Assembly: GCF_009914755.1 (NCBI RefSeq)
Contig: NC_060934.1
Source of the DNA: the human T2T-CHM13v2.0 reference genome, Homo sapiens
Direction: 5' to 3' (one strand)
DNA length: 64,000 nt
In this document: positions 48,570-61,163 of the stretch, in pieces
Layout: every line of letters begins with the position of its first letter
Position numbering within the stretch: position 1 is the stretch's first letter
Made by a program: the position numbers and the translations under genes
The notes under the pieces: generated by a model
What the model saw: only the letters and a program-made list of their open reading frames with translations
What the model was told of the DNA's origin: nothing
Database searches by the model: none

Positions 48570-51500
48570 GTAAGCAGCCTCCCTGTCCTCCTGACCTAGT
48601 CCTCCAGGTACTCACTGCTCTTTTAATAAGGTAGGATCTTACAGAGGACACCAGCCCCTCCCAGCCTCCCGGTTGGGGTTTTTCTCAGGCATTTCTCTTT
48701 GGTTGCTTCAGGCCTAGTGGGCTGGGAAGAACCTGGGGGTACTGAGATGCAGGACTGTCAATGCTGGGGGTTGAGAGCTTTGGAACCTTGTGCTTGTGGG
48801 CTTTGAAGTGTAGACCTGTGCTGGAGAGTCAGCTTTCCCTGAAAGAGCTTTTCTGTTTGAGTCATTTGCTTGGCTGCCTGTCCCACCCCTGCCAGCCACA
48901 AAAGAATCAAACCCCTCTACCTGGGAGGCATGGGAACATGGTACTAAACCATTGGCTTTCTAGGGTTTGTGTTGAGCAATCATAGGCTAGCACAAGGGAA
49001 ACTACTCAGGGAGAGAGTTTATTGGAAAGGGAGGAGAGAGCTCATTGGAAAGAGAGGAAAAGAGAGGTTGTTATCCACAAAACTATTTTGACCTGACCCC
49101 TTGGCCAGACCAGGCTTCTTCGTTACAGAGGAAGATGAAGCTCCCGTGCAACCCAAGTCACACAGGTGTGTGTTGCTCTGTTACTCTACATTCCAGGGTG
49201 CTGCACATACCAGTCAACAAAATGCTCTTAGAATGAAATCAGGCTGAAGATATGTTTCATGTTCCATCCCCCGTCCAGCCTGCTTCAGGCCCCCCTACTG
49301 ATGCCATGAAGTGCCAAGAATTCTGCACCTTCCAACACCAGTCCTACCCATCCCTCCTTGCCAGGGACATCGAGGCCAGGCCAGAAAAGAGAGCCCGGTC
49401 TTGAGGCTGCTGTAATGAGGGAGACAGTTCCCAGTTTGTCCCCGACCTGCCCTTAGCTCAGCTCTTTCAGGGACCTGTTGGTGTGGCCTGATGGCATGGC
49501 CCTGCCCCCTGGATACACACATGCGCTTTGCAGGCTTTTTCACCTCTGTCACTATGAGCCTAAGTTGGGAAGGGAAAGCAGGGAGCTCTGCAGATCCAGG
49601 GGCCCTGCACTGCTACTCTCTAAGGGGTGGTGAGCCAGGACTTCTGGTGTGGGAAACTTTCTGACAGCTCACTCTTGAAGGGTAGTTATGCAGAAGGGCT
49701 GGTAGGCCAAGTTTTAGCTGTTTCCCTCAGGACCTCTTAGGTCTTCTGAAGATGGTGAGATCTGGTTCATTGAGCTTTTGTTTCCAGAAATCCTCCAGGT
49801 GCTACAGTGAAATGCAACTGAGAAGAGCCCCTTTGTCAGGATCTCAGTTTTTCTAGGTACCACCTGTGGGCAACAGTACTTTTTTAGGATGGGGAAGGTA
49901 GCATTCCTTGGGTTACATATGTGTCACAGCCGCAGAGACAGAACAGGCCAGGTGCAGATCAGTTCATCTGCATACCAGGAAGAGCTCTTGTATTTGTGAG
50001 GGGAGGGCGACATCTGTTGTCTAGCCCCTCTGAGGATCCAGCAGAACTTCAGTTGCAGCTGAGGGATGAGGAGCAGGGATAGCATTCCCCAGGCAGTCTG
50101 TGGATGCCTCTCTCCACCCTTTCTCCCCAAGAGGATAGTCTTCACAAGTAGTTTTCTCTCCTGCAAGCTCCTTCCAGCCTCAGCACCCCCTGTAGGTTTC
50201 CTGAAGCCCAGAGTTTGACCCGATTGCCTCTGCTTGGTTATCCTCAGTTGCTACTGCAAGGAGCAGAATTCCATCCCAAAGTGAAGGCTGTGCCTGCTAC
50301 ATTTTTTTGGTGACCTGCCCATGGGTGTGTGCTGTGCCCTTGGGCAGATAAATGTGGCTCACAGAGACTAGATGGTAACTTATTTTACTGGGCCCTTTGG
50401 TGGATGGCTTAGCTGAAAGAATGACCATGTCGATGTGGGGATATCAGAACTCCTCTGTCTTGAGAAACAAGGAGGGTGAGGGGAGGAGGGTCAGAGGTCT
50501 CAACTTGGACATCTTCTCTTCCCACCTTCAGAATTTAGGAGCTTCACCTTTCTTGTTTTAATCCCTATGGACAATGTTAAATTAGCAACTGGTCGTGATT
50601 CCAGCATTTCTTATGACTGAGCACTTTTGAGAGCCTTAAATCTCTTTCATTTTGGAGTCTCCCAAAGAAGCCCTTAGGAGAATGCCTCTGGCAACACTGA
50701 GAGCCAGAGGCAAAACCATTCAAGTCTCTTTCTTAAGGCCAGAGCAATGAGATGTTGCTTAACCATCAATCTGGACATTTTCCTCCCCTGGGGAGGAGAG
50801 AAGGAATAAATCTCCAACTGATTTAAGCCCTTCTATTTGATAGGCTTAGAGGTGTTTCTAGAAAAGGCACCAGAGTGCCTGAGTTCTTTCCCCAATTTCC
50901 CTGTTAATATAGGATCTTATATACGTTCTGAGTCAACACTGCCCTAGGGTCTTGCAGCAAATAACAACCCTAGAAGCTCCCTTGCTCATTAGAGAGAGCT
51001 CTGGCTCAACTGATGGTTTCCCGAGTAAGATGCAGGTAGATACTGTATCTGGGGAGATGTCAGTCACCACTTGGCTTGAGGGCAGATCACCTGGGGCCTC
51101 AGTCCCCACTCTGAGGGAATGTGGAGAGAGCTCTTGTTGGGGCTGACTGGCTCTGTGGCTCTCCTGGAGATCTTATAGGAGGAATAGAAGAGAAGAAAGG
51201 AGGTAGGGTTGGGGGGAAAAGGAGGTTGTTTAGGAAACAGCTATCAATGGCTGCAAAAGAACACAGGACAATTTGTTACAATGTGTGGTGTCTCCAACTG
51301 CAACTAAGTTCTGTGGCCACTGAGGATCTATTGTTTCTAGCTGTTTCCCTAGGAATGAAACATTGTTAACAGTTTCTATCAAGGCCACAGCTTCTGCCTG
51401 CTAGAGCTACTGAACAGAGGAAGATATGGGGACGCCCAGCAGCCCACTTCCCAGTTAGAGATTATATCTGGCACCTCCTGAGCCTGCAGGCCTCCAGGAA

Positions 51501-52590
51501 GGTGAGGGAAGACAATGGTGGGGTGCTTCACTGACAGCTTGAAGAATATCCCACCATTGTCTAGAGAGCGTTGCCGGTGAGAGTATGGGCTGACAGGGAT
51601 GTGGCAAAGGCGAGACAGAGGAGTTGTGCATGTATCTTGGGGGAGGTGGATGGTATAGCTGGAACGTGAAATCTTTGGTAAAGCTTAAGACACTGTACAA
51701 ATTGGATTTATGCACAGGGCTAATTTTTCCCTGATATGGCCACACTGACTGCTTGAATATTTAAATGCTTTTTTGTACCAGTTGATAAATGGCCATAGTC
51801 TGAATGCCCTAAGAGTCCCCTACAACTAAGGGCTTCTCAAATTGGTCAGTGCCCAGATTGTACTGGCTGTTATTTTATTTTTTGAGATAAGGTCTTGCTG
51901 TGTTGATAAGGCTTGAGTGCAGTGGCGCGATCTTGGCTCACCGCAGCCTCGACCTCCTGAGCTCAAGAGATCCTCCCACCTCAACCTCTTGAGTAGCTGA
52001 GACCACAGGCAGGTGCCACCATGCCAAGCTAATTTTTAAAATTATCTGTAGAGGCAAGGTCTCCCTATGTTATCCCAGCTGGTCTTGAACTCCTGGGCTC
52101 AAGGGGATCTTCCTGCCTTGGCCTCCCAAAATGCTGGGATGACAAAGTGGTTCATACTACACCTGGCCCTCTGCTGTTATTTTAATAACACCCTGGCTTA
52201 TGGGTTCTGAGCTCTGCAGGAGTAGTTTGTGGCCCTTAAAACCTTAGAGAAGGCCTAGATAGAGGTGAAAGGAGATAGCTAGGCCCTGGGAGAATGCCTT
52301 TAAGATGAAGAATGAGTGGTAAGAGCACTATTCTCTCTCCTGCCTTTCTGACTCCTTAGTTCCTGGGATTCTTTAGCTTATCTTTTTTTCCTGGGTTGAG
52401 AGGTTGGGGGGTGATATTTTTCAAGTGGTAAAATCTAAGGGATGTGGTTATCCCTAGAGTTCATGGTAAAGCCAGTTCTCACCCAAAGCCTGACGAAGAC
52501 AGTTTCTAGCATCCAGAGAGTGTCTCTGGCATCCTTTCCCAGATGGAACTCACACTGATTGGTGACTCCCCCACTGTCTTCTCCTGGCAG

Positions 52591-52721
52591 GGGTATTCTA
52601 CTATTTTGTCAGTGCCCTGGGCATAACAGCAGGAGCTCATCGTCTGTGGAGCCACCGCTCTTACAAAGCTCGGCTGCCCCTACGGCTCTTTCTGATCATT
52701 GCCAACACAATGGCATTCCAG
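52591..52721 (+). CDS. SCD: SCD exon 3 (131 nt; His-box 1 HRLWSH)
   Basis: ggcag|GGGTATTC...TTCCAG|gtaaga. Confidence 0.98.
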
Positions 52722-53623
52722 GTAAGAAGTTGTCTCTGCTCAGCTGTTTGTCCTCCACACTATTAATGATCCGGGGACAGAAAGGAGGGATCAGCACCAG
52801 AGAGGAGCCACACCTGACAGCCATTTCACTTTCCTCTCTCCTGTAGTCACCTCAAGTTCCAGTTCAGTCCTTAAGTCCATAAAGCATGAAGAGACTTCTG
52901 AGTCTTGGAAAAGGGAACTGGAAGATAATTGGAAAATACTCCTGATGTGTAGGAATATTTTTGATCCTAAGGTCCCTGTGTTGTCACACAATCTGGCCGT
53001 TGTGGCTCTTCATCATAAGGGGCTTTGGCACATAAGCCAGAGACTGACCTTAGATTCCTGGGCAGACACTGGACAATAAATTCACTATTTAAGGTAAATA
53101 TCTTAGGGAGGCAGAGCTGGGAGGATCACTGGAGCCCAGGAGTTTGAAGCTGCAGTGAGCCATGATATCACCACTGCACTCCAGCCTGGGTGACAAGACC
53201 CCAACTTTAAAAAAAAAAATTTCAAAAGTGAATAACTTAGGACTCCACCACAGTGGGATTGAAGTTGATGTTCCCAGACTCGTGAACTCTTATTTTGAGA
53301 TAATGAGAGCAAACACTTTTATTGCACTGACTATGAGCCTGGCACTATTCTAAGCATTTGATATAAAGTCCTCACAAAAATCTTAGGAAATAGGTACTAT
53401 TATCCCCATTTTACAGATGAGGAAACCAAGTTACAGAGAGATTAGATAGACCAGCCCAACATTGTGGCCCTTTCTTGGGCTGCCATGGTGGCTAAGTAAA
53501 ACATTGAGGTTTGTTAAGGCAAAAAACAAACCTGGGCACGGTGGCTCACGCCTGTAATCTCAGAACTTTGGGAGGCCGAGGTGGGCGGATCACAAGGTCA
53601 GGAGATCAAGATCATCCTGGCTA

Positions 53624-53806
<183 letters not shown>

Positions 53807-54653
53807 TCAAAAAAAAAAAAAAAAAAAGTTTATAGCAAAGACAGAATGAAGGGAAATGGGGAAAGGGAATGCATCATAGTCATTAAGCTGTAGCAATGGG
53901 CAAATGATAGCATGTGGCGTTTGGCTTAGCTTGGAGCAAGAGGAAGAAAGGAAACCAACTTAGTGGTGGCAATATCCCAAGAACTTGCCACATTTGCATG
54001 ATCATCTCTGCCATAGCAGCTTATACCTTGAAGGCTTCCAAAGTTGTCCTGTGGAGCAAAAGGAAGGAAGAGAGATATTGGTACATTCTTTAAGGGATGG
54101 AAAAAGTCATGAAGAAGCCCAGAGGTCGTTTGAAAATGCAGTCATGATCACGAGTTGCATGCCTGGCCTTGTTATTGGGTTGTATGAGCTCTTTTGCAAG
54201 GCACCAGAATGGTGCACCCTGCAGCTGCAGCTTATCTACTGATTGAGACCCTAGGACACAAGGCTGCCTGCCTCATGTTCCCCATGCCTAGGGATTAGGT
54301 ACCCCATGAGGATCTTTTCCAACATTCCTTGCTTAAAGAATTGCAATGTTCTCACTTCTTGAAACTCTCTGAGCTCTGTATGATTTACCTCCGTTCCACC
54401 CACCATATAACTTTCAAGAAACAGCAGTTCTATTGCTATGGTCCTGGGACTTTAAGTTGCTTTTTTCTACTTAAGCTTCAGTGGCAAGTTGGGAGAAGAA
54501 GGGAGGCAACTCCATGACTCCTTTGGAGCCCAGATTCCTGGGTATTTTGTGAGGTTGGGCTGAGCGCCTTGGGCTCTTGATACCTGTCCATTGGGATTCT
54601 CCTAATAGGGTGTCTATCCTCAAGCCTTACATTCCTCTTCTCTCTCTCCCCAG

Positions 54654-54859
54654 AATGATGTCTATGAATGGGCTCGTGACCACCGTGCCCACCACAAGTT
54701 TTCAGAAACACATGCTGATCCTCATAATTCCCGACGTGGCTTTTTCTTCTCTCACGTGGGTTGGCTGCTTGTGCGCAAACACCCAGCTGTCAAAGAGAAG
54801 GGGAGTACGCTAGACTTGTCTGACCTAGAAGCTGAGAAACTGGTGATGTTCCAGAGGAG
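54654..54859 (+). CDS. SCD: SCD exon 4 (206 nt; His-box 2 HRAHH)
   Basis: ccccag|AATGATGTC...CAGAGGAG|gtgagt. Confidence 0.98.
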
Positions 54860-56758
54860 GTGAGTGAAGCCCTGATGGAGGTGGGGATATGGCCCTGGCA
54901 CCTGGTCATTAGGGACCCCATTTTTTCTCCTGAGACTTTCAAAATATAAGCTGAGAAATTTGCTGGGTTTGCATGTTCACAATCTTAATTTAAAATCCCA
55001 ATTTTTAACATCCCACGGGCCCGTAGCCATAGACTATTGCTCCATTTCTTTCTCTCTGACTATCTTAATTAAACCCATTACATTCAAGAGATGTTTATTG
55101 TCCTAGGACAGTCATAGATTCAAAGATGATTATAGCCTAGTTGCCTAGGTTTGTTTGTTTGTTTTTGTGTTTGTGTTTCAACAGTCTTTCTCTCTTGCCC
55201 AGGCTGGAGTGCAGTGGCACAATCATGGCTCACTGCAGCCTTGACTTCCCAGGCTCAAGCAATCCTTCTACCTCAACCTCCTGAGTATCTGGGACTACAG
55301 GCACACACCGCCATGCCTGGCTAATTTTTTGTGGGGACAAGGTCTCACTCACTATATTGCCCAGGCCGGTAGCTTAGTTCTTACCTTCAAAAAGTTTGTA
55401 GCCTATCGGGGTGGAGAGATAAGCCAAGTATCCAGATAACCATGGCATAAGGCAGAATATTTTCTGTACTATGAGAGGTACAAAGGGGAGGGAGATTGCT
55501 CAATGGGCAACACCAAGGAAGTGATATGAAATAAATAGTGTTGGAATCCACCAACGGATAGAAATTTTTACAACTATGTGTGGGGAGAGACAGTGCAAAC
55601 AGAAGAAACAGAATGAGCTAAAACACGAAGCATGTTCCAGCAATAGAGTCCTTTTGCTTGAAGTATAGGGTATGGGAAGAAGTAAGACTGGAGAGACTAA
55701 TGCCATTCTTGTCGAGTCCTAAAAGCAGACTTAGGACTTAATTCAATAAGCAATAGGAAGCCATTACATCTTTTGAACTGCAATGTGGCATAGTTACGGA
55801 CGTGCTTTAGGAAGGCTGCTTTTAGAACAAGTGTAAGAAACCACTGAGCCAAAGTGAGAGGTAGGGACATAAGTTAGGTAATGAGGACCCCTGCTAGCGA
55901 AGCAGTGGCAGAAATGGAGAAAAGAGTTGGGTGCAGGGAATGTCAGTGATGTAAAAGTCAAAGACTTGACTGCTGAAGGAATGTAGGGAATCAGTGCCCT
56001 TGGAATGTCAATGGCCTGGTCTACATTGAGAATGAAGACTGAGAAAGGGCTTCCTGAGGGACAGAGAGCTGCAGGTGATCAAGGACACTCAATGGGTCTC
56101 TGAGGGAAAAGAAGACCAAAGAATTAGGGAGTAGCTAGCAGAAAATGGAGGCATGACACTAAACACAGACTGAAAAAGAGTGCTGATTAGAAAGAGAAAG
56201 GAGCCCAAAGGCAGATGGGAAAACCAGCCAAGGATGGAGAGACGTCTGTTCATTAGTTTGTAGTTTGGACCTCACCTATCTTACCAATGTGGTATTATGC
56301 TCTAGTAAAAAGTCAGCGATGGCCGGGCATGGTGGCTCATGCCCGTAATCCCAGCACTTTGGGAGGCTGAGGCGGGAGGATTGCTGGAAAGTTCAGGCAT
56401 TCGAGACCAGCCTGGGCAACATAGTGAGACCTCATCTCTACAAAAAATTAAAAACTAAATGGGCACGATGGTTCATGCCTGTGGTCCCAGCTACTCAGGA
56501 GGCTGGGGTGGGAGGATCTCTTGGCCCAGGAGTTCAAGGCTGTGGTGAACTAAGGTCACGCCACTGCACTCCAGCCTTGGCAACAGAGTGAGACCCTGTC
56601 AAAAAAAACAAACAAAAATAAATAAAACAATGAACTTAGAGTCAGACAAGCAATTCAACATGGAAGAAAGACAGCCCATCCCCTCCCAATTAGTGTGGAA
56701 GATCCATGTAGGTGTGGAGTCCCCCTCCATTGACCTGGTGTCTGGTCTGTCAATGTAG

Positions 56759-56991
56759 GTACTACAAACCTGGCTTGCTGATGATGTGCTTCATCCTGCC
56801 CACGCTTGTGCCCTGGTATTTCTGGGGTGAAACTTTTCAAAACAGTGTGTTCGTTGCCACTTTCTTGCGATATGCTGTGGTGCTTAATGCCACCTGGCTG
56901 GTGAACAGTGCTGCCCACCTCTTCGGATATCGTCCTTATGACAAGAACATTAGCCCCCGGGAGAATATCCTGGTTTCACTTGGAGCTGTGG
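56759..56991 (+). CDS. SCD: SCD exon 5 (233 nt; TM3-4, NSAAH; Met at the polymorphic M224L position)
   Basis: tgtag|GTACTAC...GCTGTGG|gtaagt; YYKPGLLMMCFILPTLVPW...LGAV. Confidence 0.98.
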
Positions 56992-58248
56992 GTAAGTCAG
57001 CTGTCCAAGTAAGACTACATCCAGTGGTCTGCTGATTAGGGGATTAGGCTAGGAGCCAGAAAAACTAGATAAATCTGTTTTTTATGGCTACTTTGTATCT
57101 CAGTTTTTCCACTATAAAATTAGGGGGCAGTATACTGGAAAACGCTTTTGAGAGTCAGGCAACATGTTTTATGTAAAAATGAAAGGATAAGAAACAAAAC
57201 ACAAAAAAACACTGATTTTGATTCCAGGTTCTAAAACAATTTCCAAATGCCATGTATGCTCCGGGCCCGGCGGCTCATGCCTGTAATCCCAGCACTTTGG
57301 GAGGCTGAGGCGGGCAGGTCACCTGAGGTCAGGAGTTTGAGACCAGTCTGGCCAACACGGTGAAACCCTGTTTCTATTAAAAATCAAAACAAACAAACAA
57401 AAAAGAAAACCAAATGCCATACATGATGAGCACCTTAGAGTTTTCCTTTCTTTCATCAACTCTGGGCTGGACTGCAGTCTTGCTTGAGGCAAGGAATGCA
57501 TAAATAGAACAATGGGATCATCTGAGTGGCCAGTAAGCCTGGTGTTTTATGAACTTCAAGTATGCACACAAAGTATTTTTTATCTTTCCACTCTACTCAG
57601 ATATGCCTTGCTTTAAGAGTGTGCCGTGCCTTACTGTTTGGTGATGCCATTATGAAGGGCATCAAAATAACTGCTGGTGGCCCTTTACTACCACCTACCC
57701 TCTTGTCTCCTCTTGTCCTCTATTTTTCTCTCTTCTACTTCTATTCTGGGCTAGGAACATCCCTTCCCCCAACATGCCTTCAGGAATCTCCCAATAAAGC
57801 AGTGTGATCACAAGTTCCTGCTCAATTCTCTAATGTTGATCTTATCTTTTCTCTTTTCTTTCCTTTCATTTTCTTTCTTTTCTTTTCTTTTCCTTTCTTT
57901 TCTAATGAGACAGGGTCTCACCATGGTGCCCAGGCTGGTCTTGAACCCTGGGCTGAAGTGATCCTCCTGCCTCAGCCTCCCAAAGTATCTACATTTTTTT
58001 CTCTGTCCCTCTTTCCAACTGAATATAGACTTTCACCAAGGCCCTGAATGAATTTTCCTTAAATAGATCTGGCGACCTCTTCTTTCCAGTAATTGGTGCT
58101 ATTGGTCATTCAATAATATCTAGACAACCACACTACTCCACACATTTAGGCAGGTCATTGCCTAACACTCATTTTCTTTTTCTCTTTAAAAATCTTCCTT
58201 TATATTCTCAACCTTAACCATCTTTATTATCTTTTAAATTGTTGTTGA

Positions 58249-58464
<216 letters not shown>

Positions 58465-58556
58465 TGATCTTCCTGCCTTGGCCTCCCAAAGTGCTGGAAT
58501 TATAATAGCCGTGAGCCACTGCGCCTGGCCTACTATGTTTATTAAAAGGATTTATT

Positions 58557-58846
<290 letters not shown>

Positions 58847-58977
58847 GATTTATTTGTCTAGGCGTGGTGGCTCACACCTGTAATCCCAGCACTTTGGGAA
58901 GCCAAAGTGGGTGGTTCACTTGAGGTCAGGAGTTAGAGATCAGCCAGGCCAATATGGTGAACCTCTGTCTCTACTTA

Positions 58978-59195
<218 letters not shown>

Positions 59196-60963
59196 TTAAC
59201 TTTCACATATCTCTTTTCAGGCACCTTCTTACCATTGTGCCTATTCTTACTTTAACCCATGATTAAAATAAATCATATACACTGTATAAATCTGAGATTA
59301 TCATAGGAATGGAGTTTCTGGCATGAGATGTTTCCTGTATCGCAAATGGATCTATAATGACCTTCCCCACCTCCAGCCTCTGGGTGGCCATGAGTTCAAA
59401 GTGGCTGCCAATATCTGATCTGTTGTTGTTATCATTCACTCCTCCTTGCCTGCTGCTTTCCTCCCTTATCACCTCACCCTTTGTTCTCCTCCAGCTCTGT
59501 TTCCTGCCACCCTAATCTTTTTGTTTCTTGAATTACCTCCCCCACTGTCACATGCTCATCTTCTCTGCCAAATTAACCTTCTCCCTTGAGCCTTTCTTGG
59601 GCTGTCTCTTGCTGCCCCAGTTGCAAAGTCCTGTCTTCTTTCTACCCGTTGACCCTCTTCTTTTTTTTTCCTCCCTTGTCTCTGTGTGCATCTGATTCCA
59701 TTTTAAATCTGGTAACCAAAGGCCTGGCTAGTGCTTACACACAGCCCAGCTGCAAAACCATTAATGGACATTAATAATCCTCAGTACCTTTATTCCTGGC
59801 ATTCTACCCCCCTCCTCCCCAGTTCACACTGCAGATCATCAGGTGTCACAGAGAGAGGACATACCTTGAAATGCCCTAGATGATGTCATTTACTTTGCAG
59901 GACTTCCTTGCCTTGCTTCTGATTAATGTCATGACTGGTCTGTCTGAGGGTACTGTTATCTACAAAGAGCCAAATATTAGCTCTTAGTAGCTATTCTTTA
60001 TCCATGCCTGATTAGGGTCAGTATTATTTTTGGCTGTGGTTCAGAAAGAAGAGTCCTGCCAAGCGTTGGCAAACTCTCTATCTGTCGAGTTTCCAAAGCT
60101 TTACACGTTAGAGAAATTGCTGTGAATCCAGAATTTGTTTGTTTTCCTCCCTCCAGCAAAGTGAAATGTTCATCCCAAGAGTCCTCAAAATCTCAGAGGT
60201 TACAGGGTATTTTTCTTCCTCAGAGAGCTTCTGTTTTATCAGCACCTCCCCCACACCAGGGTCAAAGCTCAAAAAAGTTGGAGCAGCCCCTGGGAACTGC
60301 AGTGGCTGAGGACATTCCAGCCCCTGGGCTGGCCTTTCTTCTGATCTTTGGCTGCAGGGCCCACTCTTTTGGAACCTCCCACCCCTAGAGGTGGTTCCAG
60401 TGTGGTGGGGAAAGGTGTGCTTCTTTACTCATTTTTTTAAGAGTCATAGCCAGAGTGCTTCATTCTGCAAGGACGTGCACATGCACATGCACACAGAGCC
60501 TTGAGGGCAGGGCCAAGAGTGAATTTGGAATTTTCCAACCTGATACCCATTCCCAAAAGTAGGAGCTTCTCTCTAGTCATTTTATCCTCTGAGAAACTGT
60601 CAGTTCTCCTCCCACAAGGCTCCCAGACAGCCACGGGTGACCAGGGTCTCCAATCACTCCTTAAGATGCCTTTGACTGGCTGGGCGCAGTGACTCATGAC
60701 TGTAATCCTAGCACTTTGGGTGGTCAAGGTGGGAGGGTTGCTTGCAACATGGCAAGACCCCGTCTCTACAAAAAAAGTAAAATAATAAAAGTAAAGATGC
60801 CTCTGAGGGGATCTGTTTGGTTCATATTAAAAGAGACTGAATTCATCCATTCAACAATAGCGAGTTTCTCCCAGGTGTGAGGTACCCTGCTAGCTAACTG
60901 GTGTGCACAAATCAAGAAAACCTCAATGCACCGTCACTCCATAACTTCTCGCTTTTGTTTCAG

Positions 60964-61163
60964 GTGAGGGCTTCCACAACTACCACCACTCCTTTCCCTA
61001 TGACTACTCTGCCAGTGAGTACCGCTGGCACATCAACTTCACCACATTCTTCATTGATTGCATGGCCGCCCTCGGTCTGGCCTATGACCGGAAGAAAGTC
61101 TCCAAGGCCGCCATCTTGGCCAGGATTAAAAGAACCGGAGATGGAAACTACAAGAGTGGCTGA
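60964..61163 (+). CDS. SCD: SCD exon 6 coding part (200 nt; His-box 3 HNYHH, stop TGA)
   Basis: tttcag|GTGAGGGC...AGTGGCTGA; the exons sum to 1080 nt, i.e. 359 aa stearoyl-CoA desaturase. Confidence 0.98.
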
